Source: Malacoraja senta (Eukaryota). Taken from it: a stretch of DNA of 64,000 bases. A program made the position numbers and the translations under genes. The notes under the pieces were generated by a model. That model made no database searches. It had not been told where the DNA came from and saw nothing but the letters and a program-made list of their open reading frames with translations. Location: the NCBI GenBank assembly GCA_038087875.1, contig CM075993.1:10418001-10482000 (forward strand), read 5' to 3'. Shown here piece by piece: positions 24,515 to 36,692 of the stretch (positions are counted from its first letter, which is position 1; every line of letters begins with the position of its first letter).

Positions 24515-25016
24515 GTACGCAACGTCTCGGCTCTTGAACGCAGGAACTGGATAACATAGGAGAATCTCTCCGGGTGTCTTGCATGGCCTTTCTGTTGGCC
24601 TTAGAGTGTGGTTAGAAAGCTCTGCATGGCTGCAGCACCTTGTGCTGGAATGCAGTAATTGCTGCTGTTATATCAGATGGTTTGCAAGCAAATTTCAAAC
24701 TTCAGAAGCTCTTTTTATAGAGATTTATTTTGCATCCATGACAAAATGCATGCAATGTAGAAAAGATATATACAGGTACAAGGTTTGAATTCTTATATTT
24801 GCTGTTGCTTATCTAATGTTTAATCTGATTCTTTTCATTCTACCTCTGCCAATTCATCCTAATTAGCAAAGTGTAGTGGTATATTGTTCAATGATTTCAT
24901 TGCTTCAAGGTCCAGGAACAGCTTCTTCCTAATGACCATCACGGTGTTGAACACTGAACTCCAACTAAACGACATTAGGTTGCACAAGGGACTTTTGGCC
25001 ATCTCCTATCTACCTG

Positions 25017-25200
25017 TTCAAGAAGGAACTGCAGATGCCGGAAAATCGAAGGTAGACAAAAATGCTGGAGAAACTCAGCGGGTGCAGCAGCATCTATGGA
25101 GCGGAGGAAATAGGCAACGTTTTGGGGCGAAACGTTGCCTATTTCCTTCGCTCCATAGATGCTGCGCACCCGCTGAGTTTCTCCAGCATTTTTGTCTACC
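25017..25200. mobile_element. PLE-derived palindrome with 13-bp TSD
   Basis: TCCTATCTACCTG at 25004-25016 and 25201-25213. Confidence 0.85.
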
Positions 25201-26761
25201 TCCTATCTACCTGCACATAATCCATATCCCTCCATTCCCAGCATATCCATATGCCTATCCAAAAGTGTCTTAAATCTGCCTCAACCCACCAACCCTGTAA
25301 ACTTTGCCCCTCTCACCTTAATGCTCTGCCCTCTAGTATTAAATTCTTCCATTCTGGGGATAAAGGTTCTGACTGTCTATCCTCTATGCCTCTCATAATG
25401 TTATATATTTCTATCGGGTCTCCCCGCAGTCTCTGGCATTCGGGAGAACCAATCCAAGGCTGCCCAACTATTCCCTGCAGCTAATGCCCTCTAACCCAGG
25501 CAGCATTCGGGTAAATCTCCTCTGTATCCTTTCCAAAGCCTCCATATCCTTCCTATAATGGGGCAACCAGAACAATCAATACTCCAAATGTGGCCTAACC
25601 AGTCTTATAAAGCTGCATCATGACTTCCTGACTCTTATACTCAATGGCCCGACCTATGAAACCAAGCATTTTATATACTTCCTTACCACTTTATGCACTT
25701 GTGTTGCCACTTTCAAGAAGTTATGGACTTAGACTCCAAGACCCCTATGTACATCAATGCTGTTAAGGGCCATGCCATTAATTGTATATTTTCCCCTTAC
25801 ATTTGACCTCCTAAAGTGCTCACACTTGCTCAGCGGAGTTGCACTGCTTAAAATCAAACTTAAGTTAACTATTATTTGAAAATGTATATGCTACGTGAAA
25901 CTGGCCCTGTGGCAAGAGGAACGAGAAAATGGGCAATACTTGGGCGTTAAGGAAGGTATTTGATGAGACCACACAGTCTGGTTGCACAAGATTAGATTGT
26001 AGATTGCAAGGAGGGCAGGAAAAGTTGGCAGTGGGATATAAGAACTGCCATATAACTGGGCATAAAGGTGATGGATGAGATACAAGTGGAAGTGCATAAT
26101 TATTATCAATTTTCATTGGAAGAATGGAAAAGCAGATTTAGTTTTCATAAAAACTGCGACACTAGTAACTTGAGGGATGTGGGGACGAAGTGTTAAAGCA
26201 ATATTGATGCTCAAGTTCAGCTGTGAATGGTGAATGGCTCCTGGGTCCAGTGATTACCGAGTCAAGGTGCTGCAAAACTCAACACTGGTAACCCAGTTTA
26301 AGGAGCTTTCCTGATGAGAACTTAGATTCACATTGCAGTCCAAATGAATTAGCATTCTGTACTCAAAGATTTGAGGTATGCTTCCCAGTCAAATTGATGT
26401 AGTGCACTTGGTCTGAGTTGGCTTCGGGTTGATATCCCTGGCAAATGTTAATACCGGGATAATGGCAAAACTCTGCATCTAGTTCTTCCCTGTGCTGCAC
26501 TAAACACATGTAGAATACATCTGATAAAGGTTTACAATGATTAATAAATGCCTGCCATTTTGGGAAGATTGCTCAAAACTCTTCCTTTCAAATGTTTCCA
26601 TATTTATAACATTGAAGTTTATTATGTTCACGTTTCTTATAATCAATTACAATTAGCAGTACACATGATCAAAAGCCACCATTTGATTGTTTGCATGAAT
26701 CTCTTGTGCTTCCTGAAATCATTGCAAACCGCACCAGCAAACCATGTCCTCTGTCATGCAG

Positions 26762-26868
26762 GTGTCCCACTGGCTGGCAACCTCAGAACCAGATTGCTGG
26801 CCCTTCATGTTCTGGAAGCAGTGTTGCCTGCCTGTGAGTCGAGCGTCGAAGATGATCAGATGATACAG
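26762..26868 (+). CDS. HERC1: HERC1 exon (VPLAGNLRTRLLALHVLEAVLPACES..Q)
   Basis: atgcag/GTAACG; phase-consistent. Confidence 0.97.
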
Positions 26869-27344
26869 GTAACGTAGCTACTCTTAGGAATTATATCTTT
26901 AGAGTGGTGTTAGAAATGCTTCCGTATCATGTACTGAAAGGTCTTTCTCTTAATCCTGTCTGATTTAGTATTTAGAGTCATAGAGTGATACAGTGTGGAA
27001 ACAGGCCCTTCGGCCCAACTTGCCCACACCGGCCAACATGTCCCAGCTATACTAGTCCCATCTGGACCATATCCCTCCAAACTTGTCCTATTCTTGTACC
27101 TGTCTAGCTGTTTCTTAAATGTTGGGGGTAGTCCTAGCCTCACCTATCTCCTCTGGCAGCTTGTTCCATACACTCAGAAGACTTACAGATTTGTAGGTTA
27201 ATTGCCTTGGTAAATGTAAATGTAAAATTTAGTGTGTGTAGGATAGTGTTAATGTGCGGGGATCGCTGGTCGGAACGGAGTCAGTGAGCTGAAGGGCCTG
27301 TTTCCACACTGTATCACTAAACTAAACCCAGTTAAGGAAGATGA

Positions 27345-29215
27345 TTGACACAAAAAGCTGGAGTAACTCAGCAGGACAGGCAGCATCTCTGGAGAGAAGG
27401 AATGGGTGACGTTTCGAGACCCTTCAGAATGGTTAGGGATAAGGGAAACAAGAGATATAGACGGTGATGTGGAGAGATAAAGAACAATGAATGAAAGATA
27501 TGCAAAAAAGTAACGATGATAAAGGAAACAGGCCATTGTAAGCTGTTTGTTGGGTGAAAATGAGAAGCTGGTGCGATTTGGGTGGGGGAGGGATAGAGAG
27601 AGAGAGGGAATGCCGGGGCTACCTGAAGTGAGAGAAGTCAATGTTCATACCACTGGGCTACAAGCTGTCCAAGCGAAATATGAGATGCTGTTCCTCCAAT
27701 TTGCGTTTAGCCTCACTCTGACAATGGAGGAGACCGAGGACAGAAAGGTCTGTGTAGGAATGGGAAGGAGAATTAAAGTGTCCAGCAACCGGGGGATCAG
27801 GTTGGTTCACTCGGGCTGAGCGAAGGTGTTCCGCCAACCGATCGTCTAGTCTGCGTTTGGCCTCGCCGATGTAAAGAAGTCCACATCTTGAACAACGGAT
27901 ACAGTAAATGAGGTTGGAGGAGGTGCAAGTGAACCTCGGCCTAATCTGAAAGGACTGTCAAGGTCTCTGGACAGAATCGAGGGAGGAGGTATAGCGACAG
28001 GTGTTGCATCTTCTGCTATTGCAGGGGAAGGTACCTGTTGAGTGGTTTGGGTGGGAAGGGATGAGTTAACCAGGGAGTGGCAGAGGGAACGGTCTCTGTG
28101 GAAGGCGGAATGGGGTGGAGATGGGAAAATGTGGCCAATCCATCCCATTGGAGGTGGCGGAAATTTTGGAGGATTGTATGTTGTATGTGATGGCTGATGG
28201 GTAAGGATTAGGGGGACTCTGTCTCTGTCGCGACTAGGGGCAGGGCGAGCAAGGGAAGAGCTGCGGGGTATCGAGGAGACGAGTGAGGGCCTCATCTATG
28301 ATGGGAGAGGGGATTCCCCCGTTCCCTGAAGAATGAGCTCATCTCAGATGTTCTAGTATGGAACACCATCTTGGGCACAGATGCGGAGTAGACGGAGGAA
28401 TTGGGAGTAGTGGGTGGTCTTTGCAGAAAGCAGGGTGGGAAGAAGTATAGTCGAGATAGTTGTGGGAGTCAGTGGGTTTGTATTAGACATCAGTCAATAG
28501 TCTATTTCCTGTGATGGAGACTGAGAAATCAAGAAAGGGGAGGGAGGTGTCGGAGATGGTCCAAGTAAATTTGAGTGCAGGATGAAAATTGGTGGTGAAG
28601 TTGAAGAAGTCCTTGAGTTCTGCATGTGTGCAGGAGGTAGCAGTAACGGAGATAGAGTTCGGGGATAGGGCCAGTGTACGCCTGGAACAGGGATTGTTCA
28701 GCGTACCCTACAAAGAGGCAGGCATAGCTGGGGCCCATGCGAGTGCCTGTAGCTACGCTTTGGACTTGAAGGGTGGGAGGAGTCAAAGGAGAGGTTGTTG
28801 AGGGGAGGACCAGCTCCGCTGTTAGTAGAGGGAAATTGGATGGTTCTGTGGTCGAGGAAGAAACGGAGGGCTTTAAGGCCTTCCTAGTGGGGGATGGAGG
28901 TGTAGAGTGACTGAACATCCATAGTAAAGATGAGGGAGTGGGGGCTCGGAAAGCAGGTCATTAAAAAGACGAAGGGCGTGCGAGGTATCTATTGGACCGG
29001 GGGGGATAGGATGGAGTCGAGGTTCGTGGAAATATTTTCTGTGGGACAGGAGCAGGCAGAAACAATGGGTCTGCCAGGGCAGTTGTGTTTGTGGATTTTG
29101 GGGAGAAGGTAAAACCAGGCTGTGCGGGGCTGGGAAACGATAAGGTTGGAGGCTGTGGAACGCAGACAGCCAGAAGTGATGAAATCAGTAATGGTGTTTG
29201 AAATTAAAGCCTGGA
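27345..29215 (-). mobile_element. Penelope-like retroelement remnant (RT, GIY-YIG and 3' repeat)
   Basis: [21 protein letters not shown] and GTRMGPSYACLFVG (PLE RT motifs); GIY-YIG remnant; frameshifted. Confidence 0.88.
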
Positions 29216-29269
29216 AGATGATTAGTGTACACAGTTTACTAAAGTTCTGGTAGTGCAATAGTGGTTTAT

Positions 29270-29568
29270 TGGGGAGTCCAGAACCAGGGGTCACAGTTTA
29301 AGAATAAGGGGTAGGCCATTTAGGACTGATATGAGGAAAAACGTATTCACCCAGAGAGTTGTGAATCTGTGGAATTCTCTGCCACAGTAGGCGGTGGAGA
29401 CCATTTCACTGGATGTTTTCAAGAGAGTTAGATTTGGCTCCCGGGGCTAAGGGGATCAAGGTATATGGGGGGAAAAGCCGGAATGGCGTACTGATTTTGG
29501 ATGATCAGCCATGGTTCGATGGGCCGAATGACCTACTCCTGCACCTATTTTCTCTGTCTATGTTTCTA
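29270..29568 (+). mobile_element. CR1 3' end fragment
   Basis: Similar to other CR1 3' ends, with TTTCTAT tail. Confidence 0.8.
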
Positions 29569-29622
29569 TTGTCGGGTGCAAAGCACAGTAATTATTTTTG
29601 GATGTTTGTATTGTTTTTCCAG

Positions 29623-29733
29623 GTGGTGGAACACCTATTCTTGCTCATCTCTAATTGCATGTGGGAGGCCCCCATTTCCCAGGCAAAACACACAATTCAG
29701 GTCAAGGAGAAGGAGCAGCCAACGAAACTACAG
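29623..29733 (+). CDS. HERC1: HERC1 exon (VVEHLF..CMWEAPISQAKH..KLQ)
   Basis: ttccag/GTACCA; 111 nt. Confidence 0.96.
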
Positions 29734-30695
29734 GTACCAGACCCTGCATGTTCTTGATTAGTACGGGTGTCAGGGGGAATGGGGTAGAGGGGGAAAGATA
29801 GATAACCATGATAGAATGGCAGAGTAAACTTGATGGGCCGAATGGCCTAATTCTGTTCCGAGAACTTATGAACGTATGTTATTTTACTGACCATGTACAT
29901 CACCACACTTGTGCATATGACAATAAATTTGAGTTGACTTGAACTATTTATAAGGAATAGTGATACATTCCTCTTTAGCCTTATAAACAATTAATGTATT
30001 TTAAATCAGTTCAAACTGAGATTAAAAGTTCAAAATGTAAACCACTGCATAGAAAATTGGAAGAGCAATAAGGACGTCAATCCAAGTAAAGGAAATGGGA
30101 TTGAGGCTGCTTGTTGAAGATGTTCATTGTGGGTGGATGACATGTGGCCAGAACACCAGCATTTATTTAATGACTTATTAGAATAGAACTCAGAAATTTC
30201 TACCCTTTTTAAATCTTGACCGTCTATGGATCGCCGTCTAATGGCAAATATAAAGCCACATTAAAAAGGACACTCAGAGATGTCAGTATTGTGTTTTCGG
30301 GTTCGATTCTAATTTGACAGTATTTACTGAAATCCAGGGGCCAGCAAATACTTTGACGTAAAATTTGTAAGGAAGAGAATTTGTAAAATAGTGAGTGGAA
30401 TGTGAAATAATAAAAGCATTGCCTCAAAATCGAGAAACAACACATTGATTTTCATGTCTAAACTACCTATTGAAATATTTAAGCATTTCACAATTCACCT
30501 GAATTCCCACAGGTTTATTCACATTTAAAAGTAGGAAAGAAACTCAACTCTTGCTCACTCTGAGGCTACTGCATTGTTTGCAAGATGACCGAAGGATTCC
30601 CCCTCCTGCAGGCTGGGCAGTCCAGATATGTGAGAAACTTTGAGGTTGTGTAGAATTTGATGGCTGGACCCAAATTGGGGGTTTTCCCCCTCTGT

Positions 30696-30865
30696 GAATG
30701 AAGGAACTGCAGATGCCGGTTTAAACTGAAGATAGACGCAAAAATCTGAGTAACTCAGCGGGCCAGACTGAAGAAGGGTCTCGACCCGAAACGTCACCCA
30801 TTCCTTCTCTCCAGAGATGCTGCCTGTCCCGCTGAGTTACTCCAGCTTTTTGGGTCTTATCTTTA
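30696..30865. mobile_element. PLE-derived palindromic insertion with 12-bp TSD
   Basis: TTCCCCCTCTGT at 30684-30695 and 30866-30877. Confidence 0.8.
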
Positions 30866-31319
30866 TTCCCCCTCTGTTTGCGGACCAACAATGGCCAAGA
30901 AAACCATTTAAAAAGATTGGGGCTGATTACAAGGTGAGCTCTGATTACACAGAGGGAGGAGGAACATGAAAGAGGAGGAACTGCAGTGGAGCAATTGGGG
31001 AATAGAAGAACACTGGCGTGGGGTAGAGAGGAGAGAAAGGATCACCGTGAAGGATATGATGGCAGTGAATCAAAAGTTGTCTGTGGTTGTGGGAGCTCAG
31101 GTGGTTTAAATGCCAGCCAGACCCCCAGCAAGTGTTTCCCTGTCTTGCTCACAGATGGCACTGTTATGTACTTACCTGCCAACTCCAATTATCTGTTGGG
31201 TTTATCATGTTTACCTACAACAAGGTCAATTTTGCCTACCCAGGGGGTAAATTTGTAGATTCTGGATTTGTGCTTATTTTTTCCTCATTGATTGACTGTG
31301 TTTGGTTCTGGTATACTGG

Positions 31320-31975
31320 AGACAAAAATGCTGGAGAAACTTAGCGGATGAGGCAGCATCTATGCAGCAAAGGAAATAGGCAACGTTTCGGGCCGAAACC
31401 CTTGGTTTCTCCTGCTTCCTTGCGGATCTCCTGCCATCAGGCAAGAGATACCGTAGCATCAAAACCCGGACAACCAGACTGCTAAACAGCTTCCACAGGC
31501 TGTGAGGCTGCTAAACAGTCACTCCACCTGATTCTGCTGCTTTTTTGCACTGACAATTTAATAACAACTCTGGCACTGGCCACGTAAATCAGCTGCCCTG
31601 GACAATTTATGACTGTTTTTACTTGTATTTTAATGTTGCTGTTTTTTACCTGCACTTTTTAACTATTCGTATTGTTTTTATCACTTTTTAACTATTTGTA
31701 TTGTTTTTATCAAGGGACAGGATTGTTTTTATTGTTTTTATTTATGTGAAATTTATGTGCTCTGGTATTCCCTGGAAAACCTTTTCTCATTTTGCACTGT
31801 ACAACTGTTGCTTTGCAAGATGACAATAAAGGTTGATTCATTCATTGATTGAAACATTACCTATTTCCTTAGCTCCATATTTCCTTAGCACCTATTTCCT
31901 GCCTCACCCGCAGAGTTTCTCCAGCATTTTTGTCTACCTTTGATTTTCCAGCATCTGCAGTTCCTTCTTAAACAT
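31320..31975. mobile_element. PLE palindrome interrupted by a Rex1/Babar-like LINE 3' end (about 31405-31850, +)
   Basis: Insert encodes LLPSGKRYRSIKTRTTRLLNSF, a typical Rex1/Babar C-terminus, and ends AATAAA..ATTC/ATTG repeats. Confidence 0.75.
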
Positions 31976-32935
31976 TCTGTTTATCATTAGTTGTTCATAA
32001 ATAAGTGAACTAACATTGTTAAATGCTATTAAAGTTGCCAGGAGTAAGCGGGACGAAAAAGTTTGGGAACTACTGACCTACAACCTTTCAATCCAAACTA
32101 ATCATCAACATCTGAGATTGGGTTACATTTAAATGTAACAACCACTGACACAACTGTCAAAAACAGCTCATTCCTGTGACCCTCCCCCCCCCCCAAAGCA
32201 CAATCAGTTAAATGTAAATTAGTTGCCATTGAGTCAATTTGTGTTTTTCATTCATTTAGCCACTGTCCCTCTTCTCTCTCCTGTGTGGAGTTTAAATATT
32301 CCTTTAAATTGAATTGATTTAATACTTTGTCACATGCAACAAGTCACAGTGAAATTCTTTGCTTGCAAACCCAAGGTATGCAAATAGCTGCTACATAAAG
32401 GGTACTGACAAAGTTAGAAAGCATCCTGCACCAGGCCCACCCTTATTCTCCCCCGTCCCCACGGTGGTTTCCACACGTCAGGTCTTCCTTTGTTCTTCCC
32501 CCACACCCCCCCCCCTCTCAGGGAGGTCCTCCTTTGTGTCCCCACCCTCCACCCCCCCTCCCCATGCCCCTCACAGCGCTCTTCCCACTGTCCTTCAATG
32601 TTCCCCGTGGCCCGTGCTCTGACTCCCACGTGACCTGTCCTTCGCAGCCGGCGCCCTCAACGAACGACCTCGACGACTGCTGCACCGACCTCCTCCACGA
32701 TCACCGTCGGGTCCCCCCTCCTGATGACTCCGCGGCCCAGGCCCCAACCGCGGGCTCTGGTGATGCGCGAGGCTCGTCTACCCGCAAGGCTCCTGCCCCA
32801 AATGTTGGATCACGCTTGAATTATGCAAGTCTGTGCCCATTGTGAAAACGTTGTTGCCAGGATACATATGTTGTATAATTATCCTGTACTGTTAGAAACT
32901 TGCTTAATGATTATATATTTTTGTAACTCTAATAG

Positions 32936-33112
32936 AAGCAAGGAGAAATAGAAGAAGAAGACGAAAATCTTCCTATCCAAGAAGTATCCTTTGATCCTGA
33001 GAAAACCCAGTGTTGTGCGGTGGAGAATGGACAAGTACTGACCCATGGGAGTGGTGGAAAGGGCTATGGTCTCGCATCGACTGGCATTGCTTCTGGATGC
33101 TATCAGTGGAAG
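32936..33112 (+). CDS. HERC1: HERC1 exon, SPRY start (KQGEIEEEDENLPIQEVSFDPEK..GCYQWK)
   Basis: aatag/GTACAC; TAGAAG tandem acceptor. Confidence 0.97.
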
Positions 33113-33256
33113 GTACACCTAAATTAAATGCAGAAATTGTAAAAAATATATATTTAACAGTAGCAAGTTTTGAATTCTGTCTGCATTGAAATGTGTGCAT
33201 TGTGTCTCTTTAATATATATTTCGAGAATATCACACATTCCATATTTCTTTCCTAG

Positions 33257-33496
33257 TTTTATATAGTGAAGGAGAATCGAGGTAATGAAGGCACGTGTGT
33301 TGGAGTATCACGCTGGCCTGTGCATGATTTCAACCATCGGACTACCTCGGATATGTGGCTGTACAGGGCTTACAGCGGAAATCTTTACCACAATGGTGAA
33401 CAGACGCTGACTCTCTTCAGCTTTACACAAGGAGACTACATAACATGCGTCCTCGACATGGAGGCCAGGACAATCTCATTTGGGAAAAACGGAGAG
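33257..33496 (+). CDS. HERC1: HERC1 exon, SPRY domain (FYIVKENRGNEGTCVGVSRWP..FGKNGE)
   Basis: tcctag/GTAAAC; near-identical to recalled HERC1. Confidence 0.98.
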
Positions 33497-34094
33497 GTAA
33501 ACACTCTCTCAATGTTCTTGGTATTTGTAAACTCTAAATGCCAATAAAAGTGGTTTATTGCAAACATCCCCCCCCCCCCCCTTCTGCAAATTCCAAACAA
33601 ATTGCAAAATAGGATTAACTTTGAAATTTGAATTTAAACAAAAGCATAAAAAAGGAGCAGTAGTAGATAATTCAGCCCTTCAAGCCTGTTGCACCATGTG
33701 ATGAGATCATGGCTACTCATCTACTTCAATATTATGTTCAGCTTTCTCCCCATAAACCATGAGCGCTCTACTCCAAATAATTCCAACTTTAAAAAAAAAG
33801 TATATTTAATGATTTGGCTTCAACAGCGCTCTGTCATAGAGAATTTCATGTTTTCACCTCTAACTGGGAGAAGAAATTTGTCCTCATTTGAGTTTTAAAC
33901 ATCTTGTTCCTTGATCTGCTGTGACTCCTCATTCTTGCGCTCCCTGGCATCACGAATGGCCTTCCTGTAACAAACCTTTCCAATCTTGTATGTGTTGTAG
34001 TATTCTATGAGATTCCTCAAATGACTCAATCTCTCTCCATTAGTCAGTCTACTACCTCGGGAATCAGTTTTGTGCTGATATCTTAATAGACCAT

Positions 34095-34510
34095 AGATAG
34101 ACACAAAATGCTGGAGAAAGAAAATAGGTGACGTTTCGGGTTGAGACCCTTCAGACTGAGAGGCAGGGGAAAGGGGAGCGAGAGATATAGACGGTGATGT
34201 AGAGAGATATAAAACAAATGAATGAAAGATATGCAAAAAAAGCACCAACGATAAAGGAAACAGGCCATTGTTAGCTGTTTGCTAGGTGAGAATGAGAAGC
34301 TGGTGGGGAGGGATGGAGAGAGAGGGAATGCAGGGATTACTTGAAGTGAGAGAAATCAATATTCATACCATTGGGTTGTAAGCTGCCCAAGCGAAATATG
34401 AGATGCAGTTCCTCCTATTTGTGTTTAGCCTCACTCTGACAATGGAGGAGGCCGAGGACAGAAAGGTCAGTGTGGGAATGGGAATTAAAGTGTTTGGCAA
34501 CAGGGAGATC
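34095..34510 (-). mobile_element. PLE 3' fragment
   Basis: Similar to 27345-27800. Confidence 0.8.
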
Positions 34511-35214
34511 GTGTAGGTCTAAACTAATCTCTGCTAATAACCTGTCATAATTTATAAAATATGCTCCTCATTTGCAGAAGATAGACACAAAAAGCTGGAG
34601 TAACTCAGTGGGTCAGGCATCATTTCTACAGAAAAGCAATAGGTGACATTTCGGGTCGAGACCCTTATTCAGGTCTTGTATTCCCAGTTTATTGACCAGA
34701 CAGGATAATTTTCAGGGTTACCCTGCCAACTGAGCTTTTGTTATACCAATCAGACATGATTTATCCCTCTGCCAATGGTGCCAGTTTACTTTTCTCTCCG
34801 CTGGCTAAATAATCTCTGTTGAAAATAATCTATATCCCGGTAGATTGTGGAACAGGTTGGTGTTGAAGTAGGAAGCATTGCGGCAAAGGGCACCGTGTAC
34901 TTTCATGCATTAATATGCCATTAAGATTGCTTACTGTTGGCTACAGGCTGGAATTAATTATCAATTGACATGAACATTTTATTTTAAAGTGCAGCATGCA
35001 CAGAATATAAACGACTAAAGAGCTGAGAACGCCAATATTTTTCAGACTTTTGTGCAGAAATGCTTTTTTTAACAATCAGTCTGGATATTACTGACATTTA
35101 ATTATGTAATGTGCCCCTGCTGGAAATTGCTTACAGTTCCAAATTGTTGCTGTTTTCATGGATGTTACTGAAGCAGCTTTTCTTAATTAATAGTCCCATT
35201 TTATTTCCATTTAG

Positions 35215-35298
35215 GAACCTAAGTTAGCGTTTGAAGATGTGGATGCAGCAGAGCTGTACCCTTGTGTCATGTTCTACAGCAGTAATCCTGGTGAAAAG
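35215..35298 (+). CDS. HERC1: HERC1 exon, SPRY (EPKLAFEDVDAAELYPCVMFYSSNPGEK)
   Basis: atttag/GTAAAG; 84 nt; identical to the recalled peptide. Confidence 0.98.
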
Positions 35299-35517
35299 GT
35301 AAAGACAATGTACCCACTGGCAGGTCCCCTGTGGGCTTTCTTGAGCTAAATCAAACGTAAAGCTGTATTTTGGAATGATTTGAAAAGGGCTTCATGAAAC
35401 AGTGTTTTGCCAGGAAAATGGCGGCTGTTTTGGGGTCAAGTCCGAAAAGAACTTAAAATGTCAAATCTGAACCCAATCCAGCCCACCTCCAGGTTTCATC
35501 CTCTTGCAGGCCATTCA

Positions 35518-36120
35518 GGGGCGGCACAGTGGCACAGCTGTAGAGTTGCTGCCTTACAGCACCAGAAACCTGACTACAGCTGCTGTCTGTATGGAGTTTA
35601 TACATTCTCCCCGTGACCACATGGGCTTTACCCGGGTGCTCCAGTTTCCCCCCACACTCCAAAGACGTACAGGTCTGTAGGTTAATTGGCTTTGGTAAAT
35701 ATTGTACATTTTTTGCAGGATAGTGCGGGTGTACGGGGATCACTGATTAGTGCGGATTCGGTAGGCTGAAGAGCCTGTTTCTGTACTGTATCTCTAAACT
35801 AAACTAAAAGGGCAACATGAAAATGAGTTGCATGTTTTTGGTTTAGAGATGAGGCGTGGAAACAAGCCCACCGAGTCCGTGCCGACTAGTGAACCCGCTC
35901 ACTAGTTCTATCCTACACAGTAGCTACAATTTTGCAGAATCCAATTAACCTACAACCCTGCATGTCTTTGGAATGTGCAAGGAAGCCGGAGTACCTGGAT
36001 AATACCCACGAAGTCACAGGGAGAACGTGTAAACTTCATATGTACAGCACCCATAGTCAGGATCGAACAAGGCTCTCTGGCACTGCAAGGCAGCAACTGT
36101 ACTATTGGACCACGGTGCCA
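35518..36120. mobile_element. Two tail-to-tail V-SINEs (35518-35806 +, 35838-36120 -)
   Basis: tRNA heads and CTAAA tails in opposite orientation. Confidence 0.85.
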
Positions 36121-36692
36121 CTAGTTGAAATGCTGAGTGGGGAAAATGTAAAGAGTGCAAGTAAAGCATTAAAGGTACACAAAAATGCTGGAGAAACTCA
36201 GCGGGTGCAGCAGCATCTATGGAGCGAAGGAAATAGGCAACGTTTCGGGCCGAACCCCTTCGTCAGACTGATAGGGGGTGGGGAGAAGAAAGGAAAAAAG
36301 AAAAAAGGTGGAGGAGGAGCCCGAGGGCTGGGGGATGGGAGGAGACAACCAGAGAAACATAGAAACATAGAAACATAGAAAGTAGGTGCGAGAGTAGACC
36401 ACCAGGCCCATCGAGCCCGCACCGCCATTCGCTCATGGCTGAACACTAAACAGACACCCTTACCCACAAACAGTAGACACAAGACACAGAACACAAGACA
36501 CTACCCTCCCCTTTATACCGCTATCACCCCTCTCCACCCCAAGAACCGCGTGATCTCCTGGGGGAGGCAAAAAACCGGATAAAAACCCAGGTCCAATTCG
36601 GGAAAAAAATCCGGGAAATTCCTCTCCGACCCCAATCCAGGCGATCGACACTTGTCCAGGAGATCACTCAGGTCTTACTATACTAACCATAC

